Positions 19,021 to 27,446 are shown, numbered from the stretch's first letter. The stretch: DNA of 32,000 nt from an uncultured Erysipelotrichaceae bacterium (GCA_942492995.1 OW818653.1:60001-92000), one strand, 5' to 3'. Program-made: numbers and translations. Notes: a model not told the origin generated them from the letters alone.

Positions 19021-19992
19021 CTATTCCTCAATTCCCATAAAGCTTAATAATTCAGCTTTTAATTCATCATTACCCATGAAATCTACATTCAACTCTTGAG
19101 CTTTAGCCCAGATAATTGTAGGTTCAAGTGTTGTATCACTCGCAAGTAATGCGTCATAGAATTCTTGGTATTCTTTTAATGTTTCAAGGTTTGTTGAATC
19201 AACACGAATTAGGTGATAACCATATTCAGTTTTAACCCAATCACTAACTTCGCCTTCATTTAAAGCTAAAGCAGTACTTAGGAATTCAGCCACATAACTT
19301 GTATTAACATCTAAATAACCTAATAAACCTTTATTCGCATTGTTAGATGTATCATCTGAATAGTTGGTAACCATTTCTTCAAATGACATTCCACCAGCAT
19401 ACGCAGCTTTAGCTGCTTCGAAACGAGCTGTTTCATCGGCAGTTGGTGCAGCAGGATCAGCCATTGTAACAAGTACATGACTTACAACACGTGGTGTATT
19501 AACTTCACTAAACGCTGGATAGAGTGTTTCCATGTTTGCGTTTAAGTAATCATTCATCAAAGCTTGACGCTTGTATACATACACGAAGTACGTATTTAAA
19601 TCTTCAACCTTAGAATAACCTAAGCCTTTAAGTGCTTCGATTAAATAAGATTCATACTCAGTTCCATAATAACTCTTAAAGCTTTCAGTAACACTTGCCG
19701 CATCAACTTCAGCTTTAGTTGTAATAACTTCAGTTGTTTCGATTGAGCTATCTACGATTGCTTTTTCTAAGAACATATAAACAGCACTAATTCCATATTG
19801 TTTATAAAGTTCAGAATAGAATTCATCGGTTGTTACATCTGTATCTGCTACTGTAAATACCACATCTTTTCCACCGACACTCTTAGATGGTAAGTTATCT
19901 TTATTTTGATCATAAACAAAAAATACAATAATGGCACATAATAAAACGGCTACTAAGACAACGAACCATTGTCTTTTTATCACTGCTAGCAT
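19021..19992 (-). CDS. Membrane-anchored peptidyl-prolyl cis-trans isomerase, PrsA-like (parvulin type)
   Basis: N-terminal TM anchor (WFVVLVAVLLCAIIVFF). Parvulin motifs VSHVLV and EYGYHLIRV. It lies in the conserved Bacilli neighbourhood with hit and yhaM. Confidence 0.72.
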   Translation of the reverse strand: MLAVIKRQWFVVLVAVLLCAIIVFFVYDQNKDNLPSKSVGGKDVVFTVADTDVTTDEFYSELYKQYGISAVYMFLEKAIVDSSIETTEVITTKAEVDAASVTESFKSYYGTEYESYLIEALKGLGYSKVEDLNTYFVYVYKRQALMNDYLNANMETLYPAFSEVNTPRVVSHVLVTMADPAAPTADETARFEAAKAAYAGGMSFEEMVTNYSDDTSNNANKGLLGYLDVNTSYVAEFLSTALALNEGEVSDWVKTEYGYHLIRVDSTNLETLKEYQEFYDALLASDTTLEPTIIWAKAQELNVDFMGNDELKAELLSFMGIEE

Positions 19993-20089
19993 TCTAAATC
20001 CTCCTGATTAACTTCTTCATTATAGAAGAGTTACCTATAAAAGGCAAGAAATCTAAAAGTGCATAAATGGATAAACAAGGGGTGAGCTA

Positions 20090-20103
20090 TGATATAATTA
20101 TCA
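20090..20103 (+). promoter_or_regulatory. Extended -10 promoter element (TGATATAAT) of the suf operon, embedded in a Fur/PerR-box-like near-palindrome TGATATAATTATCA
   Basis: TGnTATAAT at 20090-20098, about 36 nt upstream of the sufC ATG (RBS GGAG at 20123-20126). The -35 is weak. The right half ATTATCA equals the Fur 7-1-7 half-site, the left half has two mismatches, and the central N is missing. Confidence 0.45.
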
Positions 20104-20133
20104 CGGTTATGAAACCTTGTTAGGAGTAATAGA

Positions 20134-20973
20134 ATGAATACACTCGAAATAAAAAATCTGCACGTCTCAATTGATGGTAAACCTATCCTTAAAGGCGTTG
20201 ACTTATTAGTTAATGAAAATGAAGTTCATGCGTTAATGGGACCCAATGGAAATGGTAAATCAACTCTTTTGGCCGCAATTATGGGACATCCAAAATATGA
20301 AGTTACAGAAGGTACAATCACATTAAATGGTGAGAATGTACTTGAAATGGAAGTGAATGAACGGGCTAAAGCTGGATTGTTTTTGGGTATGCAATATCCT
20401 CAGGAAATCAATGGAGTTACTATTTCTGATTTCATGAAAGCTGCGCTTAATACACGTAGTGAAAAACCTATTCCATTATTCACTTTTATTCGTAGTTTAG
20501 ATTCTGCGATAAAGAAATTAGAAATGAAATCAGAAATGGCTCATCGATATGTTAATGAAGGCTTTTCTGGTGGTGAAAAGAAACGTAATGAAATCATGCA
20601 AATGATGTTACTTAAACCTAAATTCGCAATGTTAGATGAAATCGATAGTGGATTGGATGTTGATGCGATAAAAGTTGTTGCGAGAGTATTGAATGAACAA
20701 ATTGAAACCAGTCATATGGGGACATTAATCGTATCTCACTATGATCGTTTCTATCAAATGGTTCAACCAACTCATGCACATGTTTTAATTGAAGGAAAGA
20801 TTGTTATATCTGGTGGACGCGAACTTGCTACAAAAGTTGATGAACAAGGGTATGACTGGCTTCAAAAAGAACTAGGTATTGAGATTAAAGAAGAAAAGAC
20901 AGCGGTTGTGCGTAATGCGATTGGAAGTCTAGGGACTTGTGCTGTTAAGGAGTTAAGCGATGTCGCTGAATAG
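20134..20973 (+). CDS. sufC: Fe-S cluster assembly ATPase SufC
   Basis: Walker A GPNGNGKST, ABC signature FSGGEKKR and Walker B AMLDEIDSGLD. First gene of the sufCDSUB order. It carries about 20 extra C-terminal residues relative to typical SufC. Confidence 0.92.
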   Translation: MNTLEIKNLHVSIDGKPILKGVDLLVNENEVHALMGPNGNGKSTLLAAIMGHPKYEVTEGTITLNGENVLEMEVNERAKAGLFLGMQYPQEINGVTISDFMKAALNTRSEKPIPLFTFIRSLDSAIKKLEMKSEMAHRYVNEGFSGGEKKRNEIMQMMLLKPKFAMLDEIDSGLDVDAIKVVARVLNEQIETSHMGTLIVSHYDRFYQMVQPTHAHVLIEGKIVISGGRELATKVDEQGYDWLQKELGIEIKEEKTAVVRNAIGSLGTCAVKELSDVAE

Positions 20974-21757
20974 TCATAATGTTGAAGCTGGATTCCAGGA
21001 ATTAACCATTGATCTAAGCACGACGGATTCATTTAAACTTGAATCAAAGAAAGATATTGATGCCGATGTATTAATTCATTTAGTTGGTAAGGGTACATCA
21101 AATTTAGAGATTATCTTAGATAGAGACGCAAAGTTAAATTTATTTTATTTAAATGAATCAGACGAAGCTCATTTAAATGAAAGCTATATATTAAATAAGG
21201 ATAGTCGATTGGATTTAGCGTATGGAGATTTCAATGAAGGCATATGTGAACGTAATACGGATGTTTATCTTGTTGAAACTGGCGCAAGTGTTTATTTAAA
21301 AAGTGCAAGTTTAGTAAGAACTGAACGTCGATTAGTGTATCGTTTCAATCATCAAGCTCAATATACTTATGGTGATATGCAAAACTTTGTCGTAACGCTT
21401 GATCAAGGGAAATTAAGTTTATACGCCATCGGTAAAATTGAAAAGAATGCGGCGAATAGTGAGACTCACCAAACGTCCCGTGTACTTAATTTCAACGCAA
21501 CTGAACGTGCATCTGTGTATCCACAACTCTTCATTGACAACAATGAAGTTAAAGCGTCACATGCGGAGAGTAGTGGACAGATTGATCCAGATCAATTGTA
21601 TTATCTACAATCCCGTGGTTTATCTCCTGATGAATCTGTGAGTTTAATTGTTAAAGGATATCTATCTTCAATTATTGAGAATATCAAGAATGATGATATA
21701 AAAGAACGTTTAATGGAATCAATTGAACGAAAGGTAGATGAGGTATGTTCGAGGTAA
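20960..21757 (+). CDS. sufD: Fe-S cluster assembly protein SufD (short form, 265 aa)
   Basis: SufB/D C-terminal beta-helix region (...KASHAESSGQIDPDQLYYLQSRGLSPDES...). It overlaps sufC by 14 nt and sufS by 13 nt. Confidence 0.8.
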   Translation: MSLNSHNVEAGFQELTIDLSTTDSFKLESKKDIDADVLIHLVGKGTSNLEIILDRDAKLNLFYLNESDEAHLNESYILNKDSRLDLAYGDFNEGICERNTDVYLVETGASVYLKSASLVRTERRLVYRFNHQAQYTYGDMQNFVVTLDQGKLSLYAIGKIEKNAANSETHQTSRVLNFNATERASVYPQLFIDNNEVKASHAESSGQIDPDQLYYLQSRGLSPDESVSLIVKGYLSSIIENIKNDDIKERLMESIERKVDEVCSR

Positions 21758-22977
21758 GTAAAGTTCGTCAAGATTTCCCATTTTTAAAGAAAGCGGATGT
21801 TTCAGATAAACCGCTTATTTATCTTGATAATGCGGCGACTACTTTAAAACCTCAAACAGTTATCGATGAAGTTGTTCGATATTATACTGACTATTCAGTT
21901 AATATCCATCGTGGCGATTATGATCTATCGTTTCAAGTTTCTGATTATTATGAAAAAACACGGAGTCTTGTCGCACAGTTTATCCAAGCTGAAACAAATG
22001 AAGTTGTATTTACGGCTGGCGCAAGTGCTTCGTTAAATATTGTGGCACATGGATATGGAGAGAAGTATTTAAAAGAAGGCGATGTTATATTATCAACAGA
22101 ATCTGAACATGCGTCGAGTATATTACCATGGTTTAGAGTTGCGGATAAAACAAAAGCTCAAGTAGAATATGTCCCATTAACGGATGTTGGTGAATTGACA
22201 GTCGAGAATTTTCGCAAGTCGATGCATGATAAAGTCAAAGTTGTGGTTGTTGCACATATATCTAATGTATTAGGTTATGTCATTCCGCTTAAAGAAATAA
22301 CAGAAATAGCGCATCAATATGGCGCAGTAATTGTTGTGGATGGAGCACAATCCGTTCCTCATATTCCAACATATGTAAATGATTGGAATATTGATTTTCT
22401 CGCATTTTCAGCGCATAAAATGTATGGTCCAACCGGAGTCGGTGTACTTTACGGTAAATACGCATTGTTAAATTCAATGGATCCTTATTATTTAGGTGGA
22501 GGCAGTAATGCACGCTTTGATCGATGTGGAAATATTACCCTAAAGAATGCGCCTTACAAGTTTGAAGCTGGTACACCTGCAATTGAAGCAGTTCTAGGAC
22601 TTGGTGCTGCGATTCGCTATATTCAATCTATCGGATTTGAAGCGATTGAACAGGCTGAACATGATTTACATGATTATTTAGTCCAAAAACTCAAACCTTA
22701 TTCGCATATTAAACTATATAATCCAAATGCGACATCCGGTATAGTGACGATAAACGCATTAGGAATACCTTCGCAAGATGCGGCTTTATATCTTAATTCA
22801 AAAGGAATTATGGTAAGAGCAGGGAATCATTGCGCTAAAATCTTATTGGATGTATTAAAAACATCTGAAACCATCCGTATTAGTTTAAGTTTCTATAACA
22901 CAAAAGAAGAATGTGATGCGATTGTATCTGCACTCAGTGATATTACACTTGAAAAGTGTATCGATTTAATTTTCTAG
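21745..22977 (+). CDS. sufS: Cysteine desulfurase SufS (group II)
   Basis: PLP-lysine context SAHKMYGPTGVG, catalytic Cys in RAGNHCA and N-terminal YLDNAATT. Confidence 0.92.
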   Translation: MFEVSKVRQDFPFLKKADVSDKPLIYLDNAATTLKPQTVIDEVVRYYTDYSVNIHRGDYDLSFQVSDYYEKTRSLVAQFIQAETNEVVFTAGASASLNIVAHGYGEKYLKEGDVILSTESEHASSILPWFRVADKTKAQVEYVPLTDVGELTVENFRKSMHDKVKVVVVAHISNVLGYVIPLKEITEIAHQYGAVIVVDGAQSVPHIPTYVNDWNIDFLAFSAHKMYGPTGVGVLYGKYALLNSMDPYYLGGGSNARFDRCGNITLKNAPYKFEAGTPAIEAVLGLGAAIRYIQSIGFEAIEQAEHDLHDYLVQKLKPYSHIKLYNPNATSGIVTINALGIPSQDAALYLNSKGIMVRAGNHCAKILLDVLKTSETIRISLSFYNTKEECDAIVSALSDITLEKCIDLIF

Positions 22978-22986
22978 GAGGAATTT

Positions 22987-23430
22987 ATGTCAGATTTAAT
23001 GAAAGATCCACTTATACTAAGACAAATTATTATGGATCATTACGAGTATCCTAGAAATCATCATTTGACGGAAGATACTCATTATCATAAAGCCCATATG
23101 GCATCAGAATCATGTATCGATGATATTACCGTTATGGCTAAGATCGAAGATAATATCGTTAAAGATGTTTGTTTTGATGGTGTAGCATGTACGATTTCTA
23201 CCGCATCAACGTCCATCATGACAGAACTTTTAATTGGTAAAACTGTTGAAGAAGCTGAGATGATAGTTAAGGAATATTACAATATGATTGAACTTTTACC
23301 ATTTGATGAAGAAGTATTACAAGAGGCAATTGCCTTTCATCAAGTAGGTAAACAAGCTAATCGTATCAAGTGTGCAACCATTGGTTTTAAAGCCATTGAG
23401 GAATGCATAAAGGAGCACAAGCATGAGTGA
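22987..23430 (+). CDS. sufU: Sulfur-transfer scaffold protein SufU
   Basis: 147 aa behind TAGGAGG. The Cys/Asp ligand pattern is conserved ([17 protein letters not shown]). Confidence 0.88.
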   Translation: MSDLMKDPLILRQIIMDHYEYPRNHHLTEDTHYHKAHMASESCIDDITVMAKIEDNIVKDVCFDGVACTISTASTSIMTELLIGKTVEEAEMIVKEYYNMIELLPFDEEVLQEAIAFHQVGKQANRIKCATIGFKAIEECIKEHKHE

Positions 23431-24832
23431 TAAACAAAATGAACAACTTCCTACATCGGAATACCAATTTGGTTTCCATGATGAAGATGTAAGTTTATAT
23501 AAAACAAAAAAGGGTATTTCACGTGAAATCGTTGAAGAAATATCCAAGCTTAAGAATGAACCAGCATGGTTGTTAGAATTTAGATTAAAATCGTATGAAC
23601 AATTTGTACAAAAGAAAATGCCAACTTGGGGAGCTGATTTATCCGAGTTAAATTTTGATGAATATACGTATTACATTAAACCATCCGAACGTATGATGAA
23701 TAATTGGGAAGATGTTCCTGAATCCATCAAAGATACGTTTAATCGTTTAGGAATTCCTGAAGCTGAGAAGAAATTCTTATCTGGGGTTGCGACACAGTAT
23801 GAATCGGAAATGGTTTATCATAATATGCTTGAAGAAGTTGAGTCTAAAGGGGTTATCTTTACCGATCCTGATACAGCGTTTAAGAAATATGAACATATTT
23901 TTAGACCATTCTTTGGGACAATTGTGCCTTATTCAGATAATAAGTTTGCGTCATTAAATTCAGCGGTATTCTCTGGTGGTTCATTTATCTATGTACCTAA
24001 GGGTGTTAAGTTGGATAAACCACTTCAATCTTATTTCCGTATTAATACTGAACAAATGGGTCAGTTTGAACGTACGTTGATCATTGTGGATGAAGGTGCA
24101 GATGTCCATTATGTCGAAGGTTGTACAGCCCCAACGTATAGTAAAGATAGTTTACATGCGGCTGTTGTAGAAATCTATGTCCATCCTAATGCGAAATGTC
24201 GTTATACAACCATTCAAAACTGGTCGATGAATGTACTTAACCTTGTCACAAAACGTGCGAAAGTTATGGATCATGGTGTCATGGAATGGATTGATGGAAA
24301 TATCGGTGCACATGTTACAATGAAATATCCTGCATGTATTTTAGCAGGTGAGTATGCACGTGGTATGACCATTTCAATCGCAGTTGCGTCACATATTAAT
24401 CAAATCCAAGATGCGGGTGCTAAGATGGTTCATTTAGCTCCATATACATCCAGTAATATTATTTCGAAGTCAGTAGCGCGTAATGGTGGAGAAGTAAACT
24501 ATCGTGGTTTAGTTCAACATAGCGCAAAAGCGATTCATGCACGATCAAAAATCGAATGTGATACGCTTCTTATGGATGGTAATAGTCGTTCAGATACCTT
24601 ACCTACCAACATTTCATACAATCCATTGTCCACCATTGAACATGAGGCAACCGTCTCACGCGTCTCTGAAGACCAACTCTTCTATTTAATGAGTCGTGGA
24701 TTGAATAAGAGCCAGGCTTTGGAAACCATCGTCATGGGCTTCTTAGAACCGTTCACACGTGAATTACCAATGGAATACGCTGTAGAGTTAAATCAATTAA
24801 TGAAGTTGGATATGGAAGGCTCGGTTGGATAA
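23423..24832 (+). CDS. sufB: Fe-S cluster assembly scaffold SufB
   Basis: 469 aa with typical SufB blocks ([18 protein letters not shown]-like [31 protein letters not shown]). Confidence 0.93.
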   Translation: MSDKQNEQLPTSEYQFGFHDEDVSLYKTKKGISREIVEEISKLKNEPAWLLEFRLKSYEQFVQKKMPTWGADLSELNFDEYTYYIKPSERMMNNWEDVPESIKDTFNRLGIPEAEKKFLSGVATQYESEMVYHNMLEEVESKGVIFTDPDTAFKKYEHIFRPFFGTIVPYSDNKFASLNSAVFSGGSFIYVPKGVKLDKPLQSYFRINTEQMGQFERTLIIVDEGADVHYVEGCTAPTYSKDSLHAAVVEIYVHPNAKCRYTTIQNWSMNVLNLVTKRAKVMDHGVMEWIDGNIGAHVTMKYPACILAGEYARGMTISIAVASHINQIQDAGAKMVHLAPYTSSNIISKSVARNGGEVNYRGLVQHSAKAIHARSKIECDTLLMDGNSRSDTLPTNISYNPLSTIEHEATVSRVSEDQLFYLMSRGLNKSQALETIVMGFLEPFTRELPMEYAVELNQLMKLDMEGSVG

Positions 24833-25359
24833 TGCTTAAGTCTGACTTAAGAGTTAAACATCTAAATCTAAGAAATACTATGAGTGTTGATGAACGTGAT
24901 CGTTTTTCAACACTCATTTTTAATCAACTTATCGAATACGTACTTCCTTTTGATCATATTGGGACATATATTAGTATGGTACATGAAGTAGATACACGTA
25001 TGTTTATACAGTGGTGTTTTGAACATCATAAACATGTCTATGTTCCTAAAATTGTGTATAACACAATGATTTTTATCGAAATACATTCACTTAATGAATG
25101 TGCTTTGAATCGCAAAGGAATCTTGGAACCAATTAGTAATATTCCAACCGATCATGTCATTGAATGTATGATAGTCCCAATGTTAGCGTTTAATGAACGT
25201 AACTATCGTTTGGGCTATGGTAAAGGTTATTATGACCAATATCTCAATCTACATAAAGTATATAAATTGGGAATTTGTTTCAGTATGGACTTAGATAATG
25301 AACTAATTGAAGAAGAACATGATGTAAAATTGGCACAAATTTTCACTGAGCTCAAATAA
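24832..25359 (+). CDS. 5-formyltetrahydrofolate cyclo-ligase (MTHFS family)
   Basis: 175 aa. Family blocks E(V)DT, ILEP, IVPMLAFNERNYRLGYGKGYYDQYL and EEEHDVKL. The ATG overlaps the sufB TAA (TAATG). Confidence 0.82.
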   Translation: MLKSDLRVKHLNLRNTMSVDERDRFSTLIFNQLIEYVLPFDHIGTYISMVHEVDTRMFIQWCFEHHKHVYVPKIVYNTMIFIEIHSLNECALNRKGILEPISNIPTDHVIECMIVPMLAFNERNYRLGYGKGYYDQYLNLHKVYKLGICFSMDLDNELIEEEHDVKLAQIFTELK

Positions 25360-25400
25360 ATATCAGTTATAATAGAACTAGAAATGGTGGAGATTTTAAA

Positions 25401-26561
25401 ATGATCAAGAAGAACGCGTTAATGATCCAAATTATGTTTGTTTTTTTTATGATGTTTGTTGGATTATACATACCTTTTACACAAAGAATTCCATACTTAA
25501 CAAGCATTGGTTATTCTAATGCGGATATGAATATCATCTTTTCAATCCAAGCTGCAGTTGCGTTTATATACCAACTTGTATTTGGATTTTTATGTGATAA
25601 ATACCGTACGATAAAGAAATTCTTTATTGCGGCATTGATTATTGGAACATTAGGAACATTCTTTATGTTTCAAATTACAGAGAATATTTTCTTCTTCCAC
25701 ATCCTAACAATGGCTGTCATGGGAAGTTTCTTAAATCTTGCGACTGGATTACTCGATTCTTGGGCACTTGAAATTGATCCATCAATTCAACGTAACTATG
25801 GTGCAGTTCGTGCTATGGGTACTGTAGGTTGGATTGTTGGTGGATATTTTGTGACATTAGTTATTGAACATTTTGGATTTGGATCACTAGGATTAACGTA
25901 TACCATTATCGCGGTAATCGTATTCCTCTTAACCCTTCGTTTAGGTGATGCGGTTAAGGAACATCGTTCTACTCCATTGCGTATCCAAGACATGAAACAA
26001 CTTTTCTTTTCTAAACGCTATATGATTATTGTCTTAGTACTTATGTTTGGGATGATGTTGTCAAATAGTGATGGCATATTGGTGGTAATGAAGATGGAAG
26101 CTCTAAACGCTACTCCATTTGAGAAGTACTTTAGATTCGCATCGCAAGCTGTCGTAGAATTACCATTACTCTTCTTAGGGGCTAAATTACTTGAGAAATA
26201 TAATCCTGTTAAGTTATTAGGATTTGCGATATTTATGTTCGCATTACGTTTCGTAGGGTATTCAATCGCTCCAAGTCCAACTTGGATGATTATTGTGGCA
26301 CTTATGCAAGCAGTCACATTCCCAATCTTAATGGTTGCGAGTAAACAACTTATCTTCCGTGAATCCCCATCGCATTTACGTTCATCGGGTCAATTATTTG
26401 CCTTATCCATCTATAACGGTATTGGGGCATCGCTTATTCCATTGATTACGACATTCCTTATTAATCGTGGTGGAATTGACTTTGCGTTAATGGCTTTAGC
26501 TGGTATGATGGCGATTCCTTTAAGCTTAGTGTTCTATTTCTTGAAACTCGAAAAGAATTAG
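25401..26561 (+). CDS. MFS transporter (MFS_1_like/HcaT-type, substrate unknown)
   Basis: 386 aa and about 12 TM segments, with RBS GGTGGAG. The antisense ORFs 25796..25993 and 26018..26317 are shadows. Confidence 0.75.
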   Translation: MIKKNALMIQIMFVFFMMFVGLYIPFTQRIPYLTSIGYSNADMNIIFSIQAAVAFIYQLVFGFLCDKYRTIKKFFIAALIIGTLGTFFMFQITENIFFFHILTMAVMGSFLNLATGLLDSWALEIDPSIQRNYGAVRAMGTVGWIVGGYFVTLVIEHFGFGSLGLTYTIIAVIVFLLTLRLGDAVKEHRSTPLRIQDMKQLFFSKRYMIIVLVLMFGMMLSNSDGILVVMKMEALNATPFEKYFRFASQAVVELPLLFLGAKLLEKYNPVKLLGFAIFMFALRFVGYSIAPSPTWMIIVALMQAVTFPILMVASKQLIFRESPSHLRSSGQLFALSIYNGIGASLIPLITTFLINRGGIDFALMALAGMMAIPLSLVFYFLKLEKN

Positions 26562-26639
26562 TTTCACATATTTTCACATATAAGTGACACACTGTAGACA
26601 CATTGGAATAGTATATTTTAGATGTAGGATAAATAATAT

Positions 26640-26752
26640 CTTACCTGTACGATCTCTTTCATAATAACCCCCTTTAAAAATACGTACAGATTCCTTTCCC
26701 CTTTTAAGTAATAAGTGAAGAAAAAAGACGACGCCAAACGTCTTTTTTCTTT
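26640..26752 (+). ncRNA. Candidate C-rich small RNA or 3'UTR element, RsaE/RoxS-like, ending in an intrinsic terminator
   Basis: A 7-bp stem CTGTACG/CGTACAG (26645-51 / 26683-89) encloses a loop with AACCCCCTTT (C5 at 26668-72). A single-stranded TTTCCCCTTTT follows (C4 at 26698-701). The terminator A6-GACG-ACGCCAAA-CGTC-T6 lies at 26721-26748. No convincing own promoter was found, so it may be processed from the MFS mRNA. Confidence 0.35.
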
Positions 26753-26773
26753 CTATTTTATTTATCATCCTTG

Positions 26774-26802
26774 TTGACAAATATCATATAAATTTGTAAG
26801 AT
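26774..26802 (+). promoter_or_regulatory. Strong sigma-A-type promoter TTGACA-N17-TAAGAT (TG immediately upstream of the -10)
   Basis: Consensus -35 TTGACA at 26774-26779 and -10 TAAGAT at 26797-26802. The predicted TSS is near 26809. Confidence 0.6.
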
Positions 26803-26808
26803 ATAGAT

Positions 26809-26928
26809 GGGTTCAGAACCCGACTGTTTGATTCTCTGGTCCATTCACTTCCCCCACCCATCGAATGGCCAGTAATCCCCCGATTATGAATCAAGCAAAA
26901 AGAAGACGTCCTCGGACGTCTTTTCTTT
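26809..26928 (+). ncRNA. Structured ~120-nt C-rich RNA ending in an intrinsic terminator 12 nt before the NUDIX start codon (sRNA and/or riboswitch-type attenuator; class not recognised)
   Basis: 5' hairpin GGGTTCAGAACCC. Long helix TTGATTC/GAATCAA plus CTGG(T)CCATTC/GAATGGCCAG, closing a 16-nt loop ACTTCCCCCACCCATC. Mini-hairpin TAATC-CCCC-GATTA. Terminator AGAAGACGTC-CTCG-GACGTCTTTT at 26901-26924. Confidence 0.4.
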
Positions 26929-26939
26929 AAAAGGTAACT

Positions 26940-27446
26940 ATGAAACTAATTTCGCATTATGAAGATTCCTTCTGGGAGAATGAACCGATCGATCATTTAC
27001 GTTTTACATCTCGTGTATTTGTTCGCAATCATAATGGGCAATATGCTTTTTTACATATTATTGGAGAAGATTTTTTAGGTGTTCGTAATCACCTAGAAAC
27101 GTGTGGTGGTGGAGTTGAAGAAGGGGAAACGTTTCTTGAAGCTGCGATTCGTGAAGTTGAAGAAGAGATTGGTGTGAAGGCGAAGAATTATCGTGAGATT
27201 GGCGCAATCATAGATCGCTTGAATCCTATCCATCGTATGACCTGTAGTGTATTCTTTCATGCGGATCTAGATGAAGTGTATGAGAACACAAATCGTACAG
27301 AAGATGAAAAAATACTGATTGACTCAGTATTATGGTTAAATCCAGATGAAGTAATTCGAAAATTATCACAGGCAAATTCGTTTGTGGATGCGTATGTTCA
27401 ACGTAGAGATTTACGTGCGTTCATTTACCTTTTGGAAAATAGTTAA
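26940..27446 (+). CDS. NUDIX hydrolase
   Basis: Nudix box GGGVEEGETFLEAAIREVEEEIGV (G-x5-E-x7-REUxEExGU). 168 aa. Confidence 0.85.
   Translation: MKLISHYEDSFWENEPIDHLRFTSRVFVRNHNGQYAFLHIIGEDFLGVRNHLETCGGGVEEGETFLEAAIREVEEEIGVKAKNYREIGAIIDRLNPIHRMTCSVFFHADLDEVYENTNRTEDEKILIDSVLWLNPDEVIRKLSQANSFVDAYVQRRDLRAFIYLLENS

Noticed and set aside
20960-21757. SufD is only 265 aa (Bacillus SufD is about 430 aa), considered as a possible truncated pseudogene
   Set aside because: The ORF is intact and translationally coupled on both sides, and it retains the conserved C-terminal SufB/D block. Short SufD forms plausibly occur in reduced Firmicute genomes.
26562-26592. Rex (redox-sensing repressor) box upstream of the RsaE/RoxS-like element, suggested by the TTTCACATA repeats
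   Set aside because: Rex boxes are inverted, TGTGAA-N-TTCACA. Here the TTCACA units are direct repeats, and the only dyad is TCAC...GTGA, which is the opposite polarity.
26574-26780. 68-aa minus-strand ORF spanning the MFS-NUDIX intergenic region
   Set aside because: It runs through an intrinsic terminator hairpin and the C-rich (G-rich on this strand) elements, has no RBS and gives an implausible peptide. The region is better explained as RNA or regulatory sequence.
26807-26875. 22-codon ORF (MGSEPDCLILWSIHFPHPSNGQ) at the 5' end of the NUDIX leader RNA, considered as a leader peptide
   Set aside because: The ATG lies at or before the predicted transcription start (-10 at 26797-26802) and has no SD. 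It shows no run of regulatory codons, and the RNA structure offers a simpler explanation. It cannot be excluded without TSS mapping.
26809-26900. Possible ykkC subtype 2c (ADP/CDP) riboswitch, because that class is associated with NUDIX genes and the leader has GGGUUC and CUGGUCC strings
   Set aside because: The conserved ykkC 3' half (ACACGG...GGGA.AAAGCCCGGGAGA-type) is absent and CUGGUCCGAGAG is not matched beyond CUGGUCC. The resemblance is too superficial to call.
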